DNA of 64,000 nt, taken from NCBI GenBank assembly GCA_000934665.2, contig KZ538194.1:1-64000 (forward strand), written 5' to 3'. How positions within the stretch are numbered: the stretch's first letter is position 1; each line of letters starts with the position of its first letter. Under the pieces are notes generated by a model that worked only from the letters and a program-made list of their open reading frames with translations, searched no databases and was not told where the DNA came from. Below, in pieces: positions 27,101 through 40,562 of the stretch. Position numbers and translations under genes: made by a program. Origin of the DNA: Catajapyx aquilonaris (taxonomy: Eukaryota).

Positions 27101-30100
27101 ACAACTATTATGGAGGGCTTCTGAGCTTCGTATTACAGTCATCATAACATTGGAAAACGGCGTAATTGGCTCCCGGATTAGCCTGGCGGTGTTGGTACGG
27201 AGGAGGAAAAGTTTTTGACCAACCCTGTTCAAATGGGTAATGACTAGTCCTGGCCTGTAATGGGTTGGTAGTAGGGGGCTGATGGGAGGGTTGACACCTC
27301 GATGGGTGGGCAGAAAATTTTGATGCAGTGTGTTCAGTACGTGGGGTGGAAAGTTGGCCCAGGTAATGCTTATTTAGCAGAAAATATTCAGTTACTTTTA
27401 TAGTTGAAATTTGTACATGAGGTGGGAAGGCAATAATATTGTGGGCCAATGAGTGTAAGGGAAAATATAGGTCCTGGCGATTATTGCCCGCATTGTAATC
27501 ATTTTTTTCCTAGAATCGGCGAAACACCGTATAATAACCGGTTCCACTAGTTCAGTTTTTTTTTCCGAGTAGTAATTGCATCAGTGCATAGCTTTCCAAA
27601 CGTTTTTACACACGCCCTGCCAATTTGGCATAATCGGACTAATAACTGGAATTCGTTGGATTGAAAGGAACCCACAAATTCAGTCCCAGTATTTTTTTAA
27701 ACTGCTGAATATATGTAATCGCATATATATGCCCATGCATGCAGAATTTATTCGCAACCGTTAGAAGAGTACATGGAAGTTACTACCCTTGGTGCCAAGT
27801 CGCAAAGGGAAGAAGGTCGTGTGCATTTTCAGACAAGCCATTAAAAAAAAGGAGAGTCCGTGTGCGAAATGTGCCGGAAAAGTGATAAATCGAGCAGTAA
27901 AATGGTGGAGAAGTGGGACTATTTCGAGGGTTTCCGGGTCTTTGGGCACCGAGTTTTTTATGTGGGTCCTATACGCATCTGGTTGCTTTTTCACTTGGCA
28001 CGCATTTTTGAAGAGACATTGTCGCGTGCAGGTCATAAAAATATGCTCATTTTTGCTGAAGATGGCACCTGTGCCCTTGAAGAGAGGCCTCTATGTTTAG
28101 GAATGCAGAGATGACCTTGCAGACCGGTTTGGGACAGGTCTTGCATGGTGCAAGGATGCATGGTGGCTGGATGGGAAAAGACGGAGAATACAGTTCTGTT
28201 TGAATGGTGGAGGTTGATTGGTTCATTCAGAATTTTTATCTCTGAATCGTTAGGTCAGTGAATTGCACCTTTCCAATGCAATTTCCGAATAAAAAATATA
28301 CCATTGCACCTAGGTGTACGTGACGTCGATGACCTCACAAGATGGCTATTAATCAGACCTCTGTAGTTCCTGGAAGATCTGGTGCCCCCATTGTTCGCCT
28401 TTTGTCTTTTGTTGTCAGGTATAGGGGCCAGAAACGCCCCGTGTAACGCGTACCGGCGTTAACTGGTTCGATGAAAAAAATGGTGCTACGAAATCGATAT
28501 GAAGAACTTCGAATGGCCTTTTGTTTCCCCAACTATTATCACAGTTCTGATGCCACATTCAATTTCGACGACTTCCGCGAACAGTGGTTCGAAAAGAATA
28601 GATATGTACAAAAGAGTTGTGAAGCATTACCAGGAACGGTACGTGATGTATAGCATGGGTTTCGGCCACCGGTGTGGAATGGACCATACTTGCAAGCTTG
28701 GAATCTTGAGATTGAAAGTCAATTTGCGTGACATGTTGCTACAATAGGAATAAAATTATGCGTGGTTACGCAAGTGTGTGTGTGTGCTACACAGGTACAA
28801 CACATGTGCATGGTGATGCTACAGGTGGTGGTTTAAACTATACTCCGCAGCATGTCGCTGCCTTATTGGGCCACTGCCAGTGCTATCAGTTTAGATATAA
28901 TTTTATTGGGTAAGGGTTCAACTTTTTCTCAGTGTTGGAGTGGATTTGAACGCGGTTTCGTGTAAGAGTGTAATTTCCATCCAAATTCCATAATTCAAGC
29001 CTGTGTCACCAAAAGCCACGCAACACTTTATCGTGCTTCCTGCTTGAGGCGACAAGTGTGCAGCACTGCCACATTGTATCACCATTGATTATCGGAACTA
29101 GTTCAGGGTCGGGGAAGAGTGACTTTGCACACTTGTCGTATTCCTCTTGTGTCCTGCTGTGTTATTACCCCGTCGTACCCTGTCAGTCATTGAGAGGACC
29201 GGGGGAATGTTTTGGAAGAGTTGCCCTTGGAACCGCCATTGATTTATCGACTGTATTTTTTTTGTGTGTGTTTGCAGGACCCATGACAGTGCCCATGATG
29301 TCCACCAACTCTTCGCCACCCATCGCCATGCCAGTCCAGGTACCTCCGGGACATGTGGTGCAGCAGATCGTGGACGAAACCGGTGCTCTGAGACACGTCA
29401 TCCTATCCACGCAGCCACCGCCTATCGTGCCCATGGCGGCGCATTATGTAAGTGCATACATATAGTGTGTTATTTTTGGGACCAGACGCCGGCGAGGAAT
29501 GTGCGAATCGCCAGTGTTTACACCTGTGGAGAAAGTGTTTTTTGACATATCGCACATGCCCAATGGTGGGTGTTCGCTCAAAATGCAATGTGCCCTAGTG
29601 GACACCTTCCGTGACCTTGAGGGCGTCGAATCGGCACATTTTGAGGACTCCAGGGTGTACCACCCTGTTAAATATTTTTTTTTGGAGATTCACGAGCACA
29701 TTATGGAATGACCCATATGGAAAATCCTGCCGTGGCACATTTCTGCTGGTGCAGGCGACATGCCGACAACCCCCCCTTGCAAGAATGCGAATTACCGGAC
29801 CGGCATGTTTGCAATCCACCCTACCACTACCAAACCACCCCGCTCCTCCCCCGAAGAGATCAGTAACCTCTCTGTTCTGACGTGCGGCCTTCGTGGTGGT
29901 AGGGTCATTGAGCTTATTCCGGATGGTGCCAACCCCCATTGTGGGCCATTTCTTTGCCTGCACATACCTTGAACTTGCGCCTGAGGAGGAAAATAAGCAA
30001 TTGTTGCAACTAGAGGGGGTCACCGAAGAAATTTAACAAAAAAATTGATTTGGTTGTTGACGTGGCATGGGTGACAGATGGCTTGAGGGTTTGGGTAGGT

Positions 30101-33100
30101 CTGCGCTTGAGTGGGTAAAAAGGTCGGACGAAAAGCGGGGAAGGTTGTTATCTGCCAAAACTATGTGCATTAGGCGTCGTGTCGTTTTTTTTTTTTGTTT
30201 TTTTTCAGACATGNCGGGATTTTTGGGGGGGCTTATCGCTGGGAGGTCAAGGACCCTGGACATGTCCAAAAAAAAAATGGAGGATTGTCAACATGATAAG
30301 GATGATTTGGGGACGGATCGTTTTAGGCATGTTTCTGGGGTCATTAGGTCAAAAGATGACTATGTAATTGTTTGGGTAGAAATGGATTGGGATAATGTCT
30401 GCCCACGTATTTACATAACTCTTTTTCCAAACTTGGTACTTGCGTCATGATCAGTGATCGATAACTTCCATCGAGCCTATAAGAATGTCAGTAGGGTTGT
30501 GTGTATGTGGACAGCTTGAATGTACAATGAGCGTGTGGGCATTATTGAGCGAGGTTTGCAAGTTTTAGCTGAATTGCCCACACCTGAGTGATTTATTAGC
30601 AGAAGATTCAGAAGCAGGTAACCCCACGCATGTACCGAGTGACACGGTTTCACTTTCTGAGTATGGATTGCTGATTTTTCTTTTCTGGATGTTAATGTAC
30701 AACGCAATAAGTATTGACCTCCAGCAGTTTTGGATCGAACAATGTCATTTGAGTCGTTTTTATTCATTGCTGACCTTGCGGTTGCGCTTGACCTGCCGAC
30801 CCCGGAGATGGATAATGTCAGGTTGGGTGCAAACCCGGCAGCAAAAGGCAGAAATTTTTCTGGGGCCCCTTCCATTTGAAAACACCTACCCACATTCCTT
30901 TCGCGGTGCGTGGACAAGAGCATGGCCCTGGGGCAAGGAAATACCTGCCTGCTGAAAGGTCATCGGGGTGGGGGGTTTTTTGGCGGAAGTGGGTGGGGGA
31001 AGGTGGGCTCCCGAATAACAGTAAATCCCACCTGCTTTTAAAGGTTGCCCCCCTTGGGCAGTACCTGCTCCTATTCTCAGCCCGTCTTGGAATTTTCACC
31101 ATGAAGGCACTTTCACCATTTGTGACCTTTGACCTCGTAGAATTTTTCGGGTGATGCCAGCTGCAATTTTGAGTCTAGGTCGCTTGTTATTCAGGCAAGG
31201 ACTGTGCGACCGAGTGTGTTGTCATGTGACCATGATGTCATCCTGTGTCCGGTTGAGAAGGAGTTGAGGGGGTTAAAAAGACTGGGGGCGCGTCCGTATT
31301 TTCACTGGAGCGTTTTATGGAACCCACCTCCACACCGGATGGTGGTTGACCTCGTCCGGGTAATTAGAAATCGCAATTTGTTCGTCATTTTTTGTAGCTA
31401 TTGAGATGCGGACCACACTCGCAGCAGCTTTAGTACAAGTGGCGTACTGGCCCAAAAGTTTAATTTCAGGGGAAAAAACAGCCACTTTGATGTAGAACTG
31501 CGTTAGTTTCGGTTTGAAATTCTTGGGTTTACTAACGAGAAGGAAACTCGTTTGTCAGTGGCAGGGGACCTAAGGGAGAATACTTGGGAGGCCCCCGTGT
31601 GTTCTTGGCATGTACTGTACAGTGCACTTGCAATGGTCTCGTGAGAACGTTATTCGTATGGTCTAGGCGCCACAGGAGGCGAAGTGTATTTCTGGTCCAG
31701 CAGTTTCCAAGTCTTGGAGATAGCACCGTAAGTGCTTGTTATGCGCCGGAAGTAGGCCTGGCTGCCCTGACGGAGTGTCAGATTATTGCGGGCAAGGATT
31801 TTTCTTGGCAGGGACTGAATGAAATGTCGTTTGAGGTTAGAAAGGGCGCGGACGATGTCACTGAACGGTCACTGAAAAATATGGCGAAATGAAAAAAAAA
31901 ATTAATTTGTGACGTCATTGGCTACTGCAGTGTTGATATTGCGCGCTGTTCATGTAATACCGGGAATTCAAGTTTTCGTCAATCACGGTCACCCATGATT
32001 GCATGATCTTTCCCATGAAAAATTTCCTTGAAGGTCAGCGAGGTCGCGTTAGGTTCACATGATCAGCGTGTGAACTTGGCCGCGGATGGTTTCATTGGTC
32101 TGATGGCTTAAGTTGTCACGAGATAAAAGAGAAGGACGTGTGGTATTTATGCTCTTAACCTTTAGCACACTGTGTGGGCTGGGGGAGGCTGGTCGTCTTC
32201 TATCGGGATTCAAACATCGATCGGGGGGACCGGCGATATTATGTACCTATGACGTAGCGTGACGTTTCCGCGAAAAGTTCAGGCCGCAAATATATGCGAT
32301 TTGAAGGTCACGAGGGAAATATCCACAATATTTTGGAATATTATAGGGAGCTTTTTGTTGCGGCGTTTAAATCGCCATAATTCGACCGTTTGATTATGGG
32401 GTGAGGATGGAGTGTTTTTGTTGACACAATACGTGGAAAAGGCTGGCAAAAGACCAAAACCCCCTCAGGGGTCGCAAAGTTTTCTCAAGGACTCGGCTGC
32501 AAGTGGGTATCTTACTGATCTGGCCGAATTTGGGTGTCGGTAATTGCCCCTAGACATTAATTACCTGGTCGTTAATTGGATCAATTATTATTATTTTGAA
32601 TCGGGCGATTGGAAATATCGAACCCAATTAAGTTTTAGCGAGCAGTTGTGGTCCAGAGTTGACCGTGACTCGTTTGGAAGAGGTTCAAGGAATGTAGGAA
32701 GCTGTTCGTTAACCATGTCAACACGATCACCATTGAAAGTGGGCTGTGACGCAGCTTGTGAAGGGAGGCGGTGTATAAGTGTTGGGGAGAGGGAGTATTT
32801 CCTCCTTTAACATGGACGAGCCTCACTTGACCCCCTGCGAATTGAAAGGATTAAATTATTGCGCATACGCACTTGTTGGGAGCATTGTTGGGGGGGGGGG
32901 GGGGNTAATTGCACCTGCACATATGCGAACTTTCCAAACGGGTCAACATAACAGTTTTTGAAACTGGCCTCAGCCACCCCCCTCCAAGTTGCCTTCCCCC
33001 CCCCCCCTTACTCCTTTACGGGGCTCCTGTACACCGGTGCATATATCTTGAGGTACCTGCAAGTTGACCAAAATTTGTGCTCCTTGTGGGGGAGTGGGTA

Positions 33101-36100
33101 GCCATTCCCCTCTGGCCAGGGGGTGACCTCAGAAAGTGGGTCGCAGTGTCTCTGCATCGTGAGAAGTTGTCATCTAAGCGACAACCACACTTGAGGGTCG
33201 TAAAATATATGCGCAGATGGTGCGTATGTAGCTGGGGAGGATAAAAAGTTGGGGGTTTTAGGGCGGTTTTTAGGGAAAAAATTGGGCCTTGGAGGTCAGC
33301 GGGGTGGTGGGAGTATGATGCTTAATGATGGCTTTGAAAATGGTGGTTGCTTTAAAAATTGCTGTTATTAAATCCCAGTGTGTGCACCAGGAATACACCT
33401 GTACAATTTCTCCCAAGATAGGTAGTTTTTTTTTCCTGGTATTACAAGGCACTCGTAACATTTCCCGTTGACTGACGAACCAAGTTGTGCAATGCTAACT
33501 TACAAATAATGAAAATGTATAGGATGTACAAAATTTCATTTAAAATATTACTTATTACTAATGCAGTGTCGCAGAACTACTGTACATGAATAAACTTGGT
33601 GTTTTCTTCCATAGGGTCCTGGCCCTGGTCCCAACACGGGACAGCCTCCCCAGGCATTCTACCCGGCCCAGGGCCTTCCTCCTGGTGCCTATCCGCACCC
33701 GCATTATGTGTCGATGCAACCTGGGGTGATGGGGCATGTGACTGGCCCGGCACAGGGTCACTCTCCACCACCACCGCCCCAGCAGCATACGTTCCATAAG
33801 GATGAGCGTACCCACCGCCAGTACATCAAGCTGAAGAAGAAGCTGGAGCAGAAGCAGGCCCAGCAGAAGGGTGACAATGGAACCGGGGGACATTCACCAC
33901 CTCATGGGGGCACACCGCCCCACTCGCCCAAGAAGGGTCAGTAACTTGCTGGGGATCAATTTTGGGGGGCTTGTCCCTATTGGTTACATCGGACTTGAAA
34001 AAGACATTCATGAAATAGGACTAAAAGAGTCGTGCCATTGCATTTTCAGTGCAGGAAAAGCCCATCATTTATTGGGAGATGAAACAGGGAAAATGGACGG
34101 GGGATGATGAGCAGGGAATACCAGATTTGGTGGGGGTGGTGGATGTAATGCTAAATGAGGGAGGGGGGGACATTCGGTCTGTCCACTCCCCCCCTACAAA
34201 TTGTTTGGTATTCTGACCGCATGTGGCAATGGCTGCTCAGTTATGAAGCAGCTAGGAAGGATCAGAGAACAATAAAGGCTCATTTAGGAGATCTGATCGA
34301 CTCATTCTGGACAATAGTCTCACCTGTCGGTGTTGCCTGATTTTCCCACAGACTTGGCCAATGGTTCGAGACGCTGGAAGGAGAGGGGTCCAGGCAGTGG
34401 CAGCAATGGGGGAGTAGTCGGAGATGGGAGCGAGGCCTCATCTATTCAGGATGATGAGGAGGAGGTTCGACAGCTTACGGAAATGCTTTCTGCCACTAAG
34501 CCGCCCACGGTGTGTATCCTAAAATGCTAAAATGCGAGATTTCTGAACGTGTTTTGTGTGTTGTTTAATGCCACGCACGAGACTCATGCATTCCATATTG
34601 CAGGTCTCGGAGGTCCAATCACGGAGTGCCTTATTACAGTGGTGCCAGCCCAACCGCTTCAATGAGACTGAGGAAAACAAATATGCAGACTTTGACATAG
34701 CCGACACAGACTTCTGGTATGAAGTTCTGTACAGCGACAAGGGCCGGGAAGGAAAGTACAAGATGATAGATGCCGGAAACTCAGTTGACTGCAGGTACTG
34801 TATGCTTTTAAAAATACCACTGGTTAGCAGTAATGTAGCGGAAATATTGTAGATAATGTAAAAATCTTCATGAATAGCAGTAATCAATTTTGTGTTCCAC
34901 TAATAAACAATTTCAAATGTATTTTTGAACCAGTCATGTGGTAAATGCCCTTCATTTGGAGGCATAATGCTGCTTGCTAATCATGTGGCAGTTGTACGAT
35001 AAGTACACCAAGTGGAAAACGTTTTGTGGAATGACTGATTTTTAAAATATAACATTCATGCCTTGCCTGCCTTGGTAAACTCTAGATGATAAGACTAATA
35101 ATTGATTTTTTGCTCCCTAGGTTGCAGAATTTGAGGCCTGCCACAGAGTACTGGATTTGCTTGGTGGCCAAACTGGACAACCTGAAGGGATCACCATCAG
35201 AGTCAATATCATTTACTACCCCACCATGCGAGCCGGATGCACCTCACATCCCAAAAGTGGTGCAGAGGACGCGAAACAGCATCCAGCTGAGGTGGACCAC
35301 AGCTACTGACAACGGGTCACGCATCACCCACTACATTCTGGAATACGGAGGAGGGAAAATGGAGAGTGACTTTGTGGAGGGATACAGGGGAAGAGCCAAG
35401 CAGGCCACCATTGCGAAGCTGCAGCCGGCCACCTTCTACCGGTTCAGGCTAGCTGCAGTTAACGAATGCGGCCAGGGGTGAGTGACATTATCTCTTACTT
35501 AAAAGGAAATTATTTTTTAAATGCAAACGGGCAGATCAACTTGTCACTTGAGTGGTGTTCAGAATGCTTGTCAGGGTTGCCAGTACTAATGGATTCATGT
35601 CCCATTTACAGCCCGTATAGTGAGGTGACGACCAGCTCTACGGCAGGCAGTCCACCTCCTGTCCCCTGTGCCCCAATCCTGCAGGAGGCAGCAGTTTCGC
35701 ACCTGCAGCTGGGTTGGGCCAAACGTGGGGCAGACGAGACATTCACCCTGCAGATGGATGACTCAACGACTGGCTACGGGTTCCTGACCGTATATGATGG
35801 ACCAGACACCCAGCACACCTGCTCACCCCTCCAAAGGAATACCCAGTACCGGTTCCGGCTGAAGGCGTCCAACGAGGAGGGTGACTCAGGCTGGTCTGAG
35901 GAGGTCACCTGCCAGACCCTCCCTGACTTGCCAGGGAGGCCCTCCAAGCCCTCCATCAAGGGAAGGGTCCATGCTCATTCCTTCAGGGTTAAGTGGGATC
36001 CACCCAGGGACACGGGAGGAGCTGAAATCCATGATTACATCTTGGAGCTCAACACTGGGAAAGGTCAGCATGGTTATTTCTGGTTGTGGTTAATCAAGAT

Positions 36101-38705
36101 GAATTAGACGATGAAATTATAAGCACTTTTATTGTGTGCAAAAAATACTATTGCAGGAATATATTGCTATTTAAGTTAATGGACTTGTCAATAACAGAAC
36201 AAAGCGCAACAGCCTCAAATACCTTCTGTCTTGTCTTGCCCACAGGGTATGAAACTGTATACAAAGGCCCTGAGCTGGAGCACATGTGTGATCGCCTGCA
36301 GCCAGGTACCACGTATCAGCTGCGTGTGTCATGCTCTGGTCCTGCAGGGCGCAGTGACTACTCTGAGCCATGTGTCATAACCACCGAGCCCATGTGCCCT
36401 GGACGCTGTGGGTCGCCTCGCCTCCAAGGGAAGCCTCGTGCCACAAGTCTCAACCTGAAATGGGGTTACCCAGAGTCAGATGGGGGTGCCCCCATCACTG
36501 AGTTTGAGATTGACATGACCCATCCAGACAACGTGACTCAGCAGGCCTACCGTGGCCCCAACCAAGAATGTGTGGTAGGGGACCTCTCCCCTGGACGGCC
36601 CTATTTGTTCCAAGTCAGGGCGTACAATCGGGCAGGTCCTGGGCCCTGGTCAGAGCCGTTCCAGGTGGTGAGCGGGGCTGGTGCACCAGACAAGCCGCGC
36701 GACCCACGTGTTGGACCAGGAAGGTCACCCCAGTCTGTGCTGGTGGAGTGGGAGGAACCACTCAACAATGGCGCAGCTGTAACCGAGTTCAGGCTGGAGT
36801 ATGGCTCTGGGGATCCACTGAGGTTCATTCCTGCCTACACTGGGAGCGCAAAATCCTGCGAGGTCAAAGGGCTGACTCCAGCAACACTGTTCTTCTTCAG
36901 GGTGCTGGTGAGTGTAGTGTATTTGCTCTTTGGTACTAATATGACATGTACTCCCCATGCATTGAGATCACCTTTTATTTATCAAAATGCTGTTTTACAA
37001 TAATTGATCATCTTGTATTTCTCATGACATTTTTTCATTGTCAGGCTGTGAATGCAGCGGGCCCCAGCCCCTTGTCGGGGTGTACCCAGCATGCCACTCC
37101 ACCAGCTCCTCCAGCAGTGGTGACAGGCTTGCACTACACCTCCACCTGCACTGCCATGGTCCTTCGTTGGAAGGTACCAGAGAGTCACGGGTCCGAGGTC
37201 ACTCACTACAATGTCGACCTGGGTAATGGTGATCAGGTAGAGCGGGTGACCCCTCCAAACGTGGAAGACCATGGGGAGGAAGAAATGACAGAAGATCGGG
37301 AGGAGCATGAAGTTGAGCACACTGTGGATGGCCTGACCCCAGACACAGCGTACCGGATACGAGTGCAGGCTGCCAATGCCATAGGAGTTGGCCCATACTC
37401 TGCTATCCTCCGTGCCAGTACCAGGCCTCTCCCTCCACCCCCTCCCCGCTTGGAATGCGTAGGGTGCACCCATAACACCCTGAAGCTGCGGTGGGGTGAG
37501 GGCCGGAATCAAGACTCAGCCACCCAGTACATGCTTGAGATGGAGAACCACAGGAACCGAGAGTTCCAGACCCTCTACCAGGGGGGCAACCTTTCCCACA
37601 AGGTTGGGAGGCTGCAAGAGAATACCTGCTACAGGTTCAGGATCCACGCATCCAACGACACCGGAAGAGGGCCCTTCTCAGAGGTCTACCAGTTTGTCAC
37701 CGCCAAGGCAGCTCCGCCTGCTCCTAAAGGTTAGTATTGCTGCACTTAATTTTGGAGCTGCCACTTGGAAATATATACGTTAGCATGAGGATATTTCAGG
37801 CCACATCCTAGGAACATTTGTCAAAGTTTGGCACCAAGGGCATGTTGGACAGTTTATGATGTTCTTTGCAGGGAAAATTGTTGACAATTGCAGTATCATT
37901 CAAATACATATATCTTGCTGCACCTGCGAAACAAGCAGTACTTGAATGTTAATACGTACATACAGTATTTAACAGTTATCATCAGTTTCAGCTAGTTGTA
38001 GGAACTACATCGCTAATCATGAAATTGTCATGTACTCCTGGGTATTCTTTTTGTGAATGACATTGACACACACTTCATCTGCACTGATATTTTTCTTTTC
38101 TCTGCGCCAGCTCCTAAAGTGTGTGAGGTGCATGCTCACAGCAGCCTGATTGAGTGGACCCCCCTACGTCTCCAGGGTGACGACCCCGTGATCTACCAGT
38201 TGCAAGTGTCTCGGCACAGGGAACAGGAATTCCGAACGGTGAGCATGCCACCACTCTCTCTGTGCCATTTTACTTCATGTACTGTGATTTTCAGGTGTAC
38301 CGTGGCCCAAGCACTCAGCACCTTCTCCAGGACCTGAATGCAGGGGCAGACTACAGCGTCAGGTGTTGCGCAGTACGGCTTTGTGGCGGACTGAACAACA
38401 CCGGAAGCGAACTGCATGGGACCTACTCTCCTTCAAGCCCATTCTCTACCTTGCCACCAGAGCCAACTGTTGCATCTAATGGAGGGAGGACAGTCAGGAG
38501 CCATGTAAGTCTTCCCATACTACTACAATACATTTCGAGAGAGAAAATTTGTGACGATTGGATACGTTTCCTTTTCCAGGTTCAGGAACGGAAACCACTG
38601 ACAGACCAACAATGGGCGGTGATAATCATCTTCGGGTTTACGGTTTTCTCTCTTGCTGTTGCTGTCATAATGGAAAAAATACTGGCCGTGGCTAGAGCAT
38701 CATGA
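18163..38705 (+). CDS. FNDC3: Fibronectin type III domain-containing protein 3 (FNDC3A/B; Drosophila miles to go ortholog), ~1203 aa, tail-anchored
   Basis: Coding exons, all GT-AG with matching phases: 18163-18313, 29278-29447, 33615-33936, 34352-34509, 34604-34794, 35121-35477, 35612-36063, 36246-36907, 37045-37729, 38111-38238, 38295-38504, 38580-38705 (sum 3612 nt). Pro-rich N-terminus with PVQVPPGHVVQQIVDE..LRHVILS and KDER..RQY.KLKKKL motifs, about nine FN3 repeats (W..P, L.P.T.Y.FR..A.N..G), and a C-terminal TM helix QWAVIIIFGFTVFSLAVAVIM. Exon 1 is least certain; it is supported by G|GTAAGT and a phase-1 match to exon 2. Confidence 0.93.
18359..18515. mobile_element. Degenerate Tc1/mariner-like MITE
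   Basis: Left end TA|CAGGGTGTTTCAA; right end reverse complement CAGGGTGCTCCAA; AT-rich interior. The right flank is TT rather than TA. Confidence 0.45.
21963..22124. mobile_element. Non-autonomous MITE, Mutator/MULE-like (162 bp)
   Basis: Imperfect ~35-bp TIRs (21963-21997 GCATATTGGGAAACCCCAAGTGGTCCCCACAACCG; 22088-22124 reverse complement GCATATATAGGCAAACCCCAAGTGGTCCCCGCAACCG), G...C termini, exact 9-bp flanking direct repeat ACCCCGAGA (21954-21962, 22125-22133), and an internal 21-bp tandem repeat. Confidence 0.8.
24163..24256 (+). CDS. Candidate alternative first coding exon of FNDC3 (MEKKLATNMSCLRDLKVYWSPTNILAGGLPN-G)
   Basis: ATG at 24163 after an in-frame upstream stop; ends at AATG|GTAAGT in phase 1, compatible with the exon at 29278. 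No homology support; chance occurrence is possible. Confidence 0.3.
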
Positions 38706-39034
38706 GGATCTTGAACCTGCATTTCTGAGTCTGTTTTCGAGGGAGGGTTGGGTCAAAAGGGTCCTGGTCTGAACCAGGGTATAACCATGGTGTGTGGTTT
38801 TCTGGGGATGGGGTTCAAAGGTCATGTCAAGAAACTAACATGCTGCAGGCCCCCCTACCTATCTGTTTACCCCTGCACACACAAGTTTACCCCCCTACGA
38901 AAGAAAGAAAAAAAAAAAGGAAAAAAAAAATCTTTGGTCATTATATGTGGTGTGTCTGTCCGAGCATGTGAGTGCGTGTAACAAAATTATTTAATGGCCT
39001 CGTACTTTGCAAGGATAACAACTATACATACATA

Positions 39035-39061
39035 ATATATATATATAAATATATATATATA
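39035..39061. repeat. (AT)n microsatellite
   Basis: atatatatatataaatatatatatata; a similar tract lies at ~40925-40960. Confidence 0.85.
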
Positions 39062-40528
39062 CTATTATTTTTTGCGTTAGGGTTTTTTGCAAAGTCCCGC
39101 GCTTAAAAATGGTGGTTAGAATGATGGAGAGAAATATTGAGAGGTAGTAATGTATTACATCTGTGCGTTTCTTTTTCCTCTCATGGTTTAGCTATCAAAG
39201 ATGCATTTCTTGTACAGTATTCAAATGGAATTTTGTTTCTAATTAATTTTTTGGGAGGATGAAACTCCGGTCTGGTCGCCGTCATCATCCGTGGTGCTAG
39301 TGGTTTATTTCCCTTTTTTTACATGACTTTATGCACAATTTATTTACATGATTGCGATGTTGGGAATGTAACGAAGGGATAGACTGACCTATTTTTCCCT
39401 TTTTTTTATTTAGAAAGTGGAAGAAAAATTTGGGGAAATGGGGACATTTCCTTTCCTAAATGGAGATAAAGAAAGGGGCAATGGAGAGAGAGAGTGATAT
39501 AATTGAATGGGGGAATAGATAGTGACACAAGAGCAACACGTTGCCAAATGAGTGATATTTGCACCCTGATAACAATTGAACCACATTAATGGAATCAGAA
39601 TTAACTTCACTTTTTTTTTTTGCGAACTGCCTTCTACCTGTGTGTCACTGAGCCTTTCTAAATTATGAGCTACTTATTGGGCGGAGATGAAGTTGTCACA
39701 TCTGTGAAGTGTGGTAGGTGCAGGTTGGGCTGCACGGTATGTAGAAGTGTGCTGGCCTCCGCTGCAAGGAACCATAAAGAATTGCAATTTTGTTTTCCAT
39801 TCGTGCTCTTTCAGCACGGGCCGTTTGAATCATTACGGTGTAATTTGAACCTCTGCGCTATACCATCAGTGCCAGAGTTGACCGGACATGATGGAATGAA
39901 AATGCAGCAATCAATTTCTACCACAGTAGAGGATGCAAAACTCTCACCATGCTGATGTAAAGTCACTTCCAAGTCACATCCACAAAATAGTCACAAACTG
40001 TGCTCTCTGTTATTTTTACTATTGCACCAAGTGTGATTGTACTCAGGTTCTCCTAAGATAATTACAGTTGGCAAAACACTTTCCGACTCCATCCTAACTT
40101 AGGTATCGACTGTCACGATTGGTCGTTCCTGATAGAATTGCACATCTTCAAACCCACACTGTTTGGGAACAGAAATTAGGGTGAATATGCAACAATTTGG
40201 GACAAGCGTATATTATTAGTGTGATAACATGTTAGATACAGATGCAACATTTGTAACCTCTGCAAGAGTCGTGTAATGAAGGAAGGCTTATTGCAACATG
40301 GGAACAAGCGTAGTTTCCTCAACAACGGGAGTTAACTATTTGTTTCCTTTGACATGGTTCAATTAATTTTCCTCGGCCCTTCCCCAACCCCCCCTACTAA
40401 ATAGTGTGGCATTACAACCACATGCAAACTATCAAAGTGTTAGCCAGTGTTATATTATTATATTTTATGTATCCCACATGTATTGATAACTGAGCTCATT
40501 TCCTTTTTTGGCATACAGGTTATGTTTC

Positions 40529-40562
<34 letters not shown>
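40529..40562. repeat. (CT)n microsatellite, probably in the FNDC3 3' UTR
   Basis: About 17 CT units with one interruption. Confidence 0.9.

Noticed and set aside
28940..28955. B-box-like GTTCAAATCC on the - strand (similar at ~32205) as a tRNA or SINE
   Set aside because: No A-box at suitable spacing and no cloverleaf.
37720..38119. 10-nt direct repeat GCTCCTAAAG at both ends of FNDC3 intron 9, a possible intron-gain or TSD signature
   Set aside because: Explained by the encoded APKAPK peptide in an FN3 linker; no TIRs are visible in the intron.
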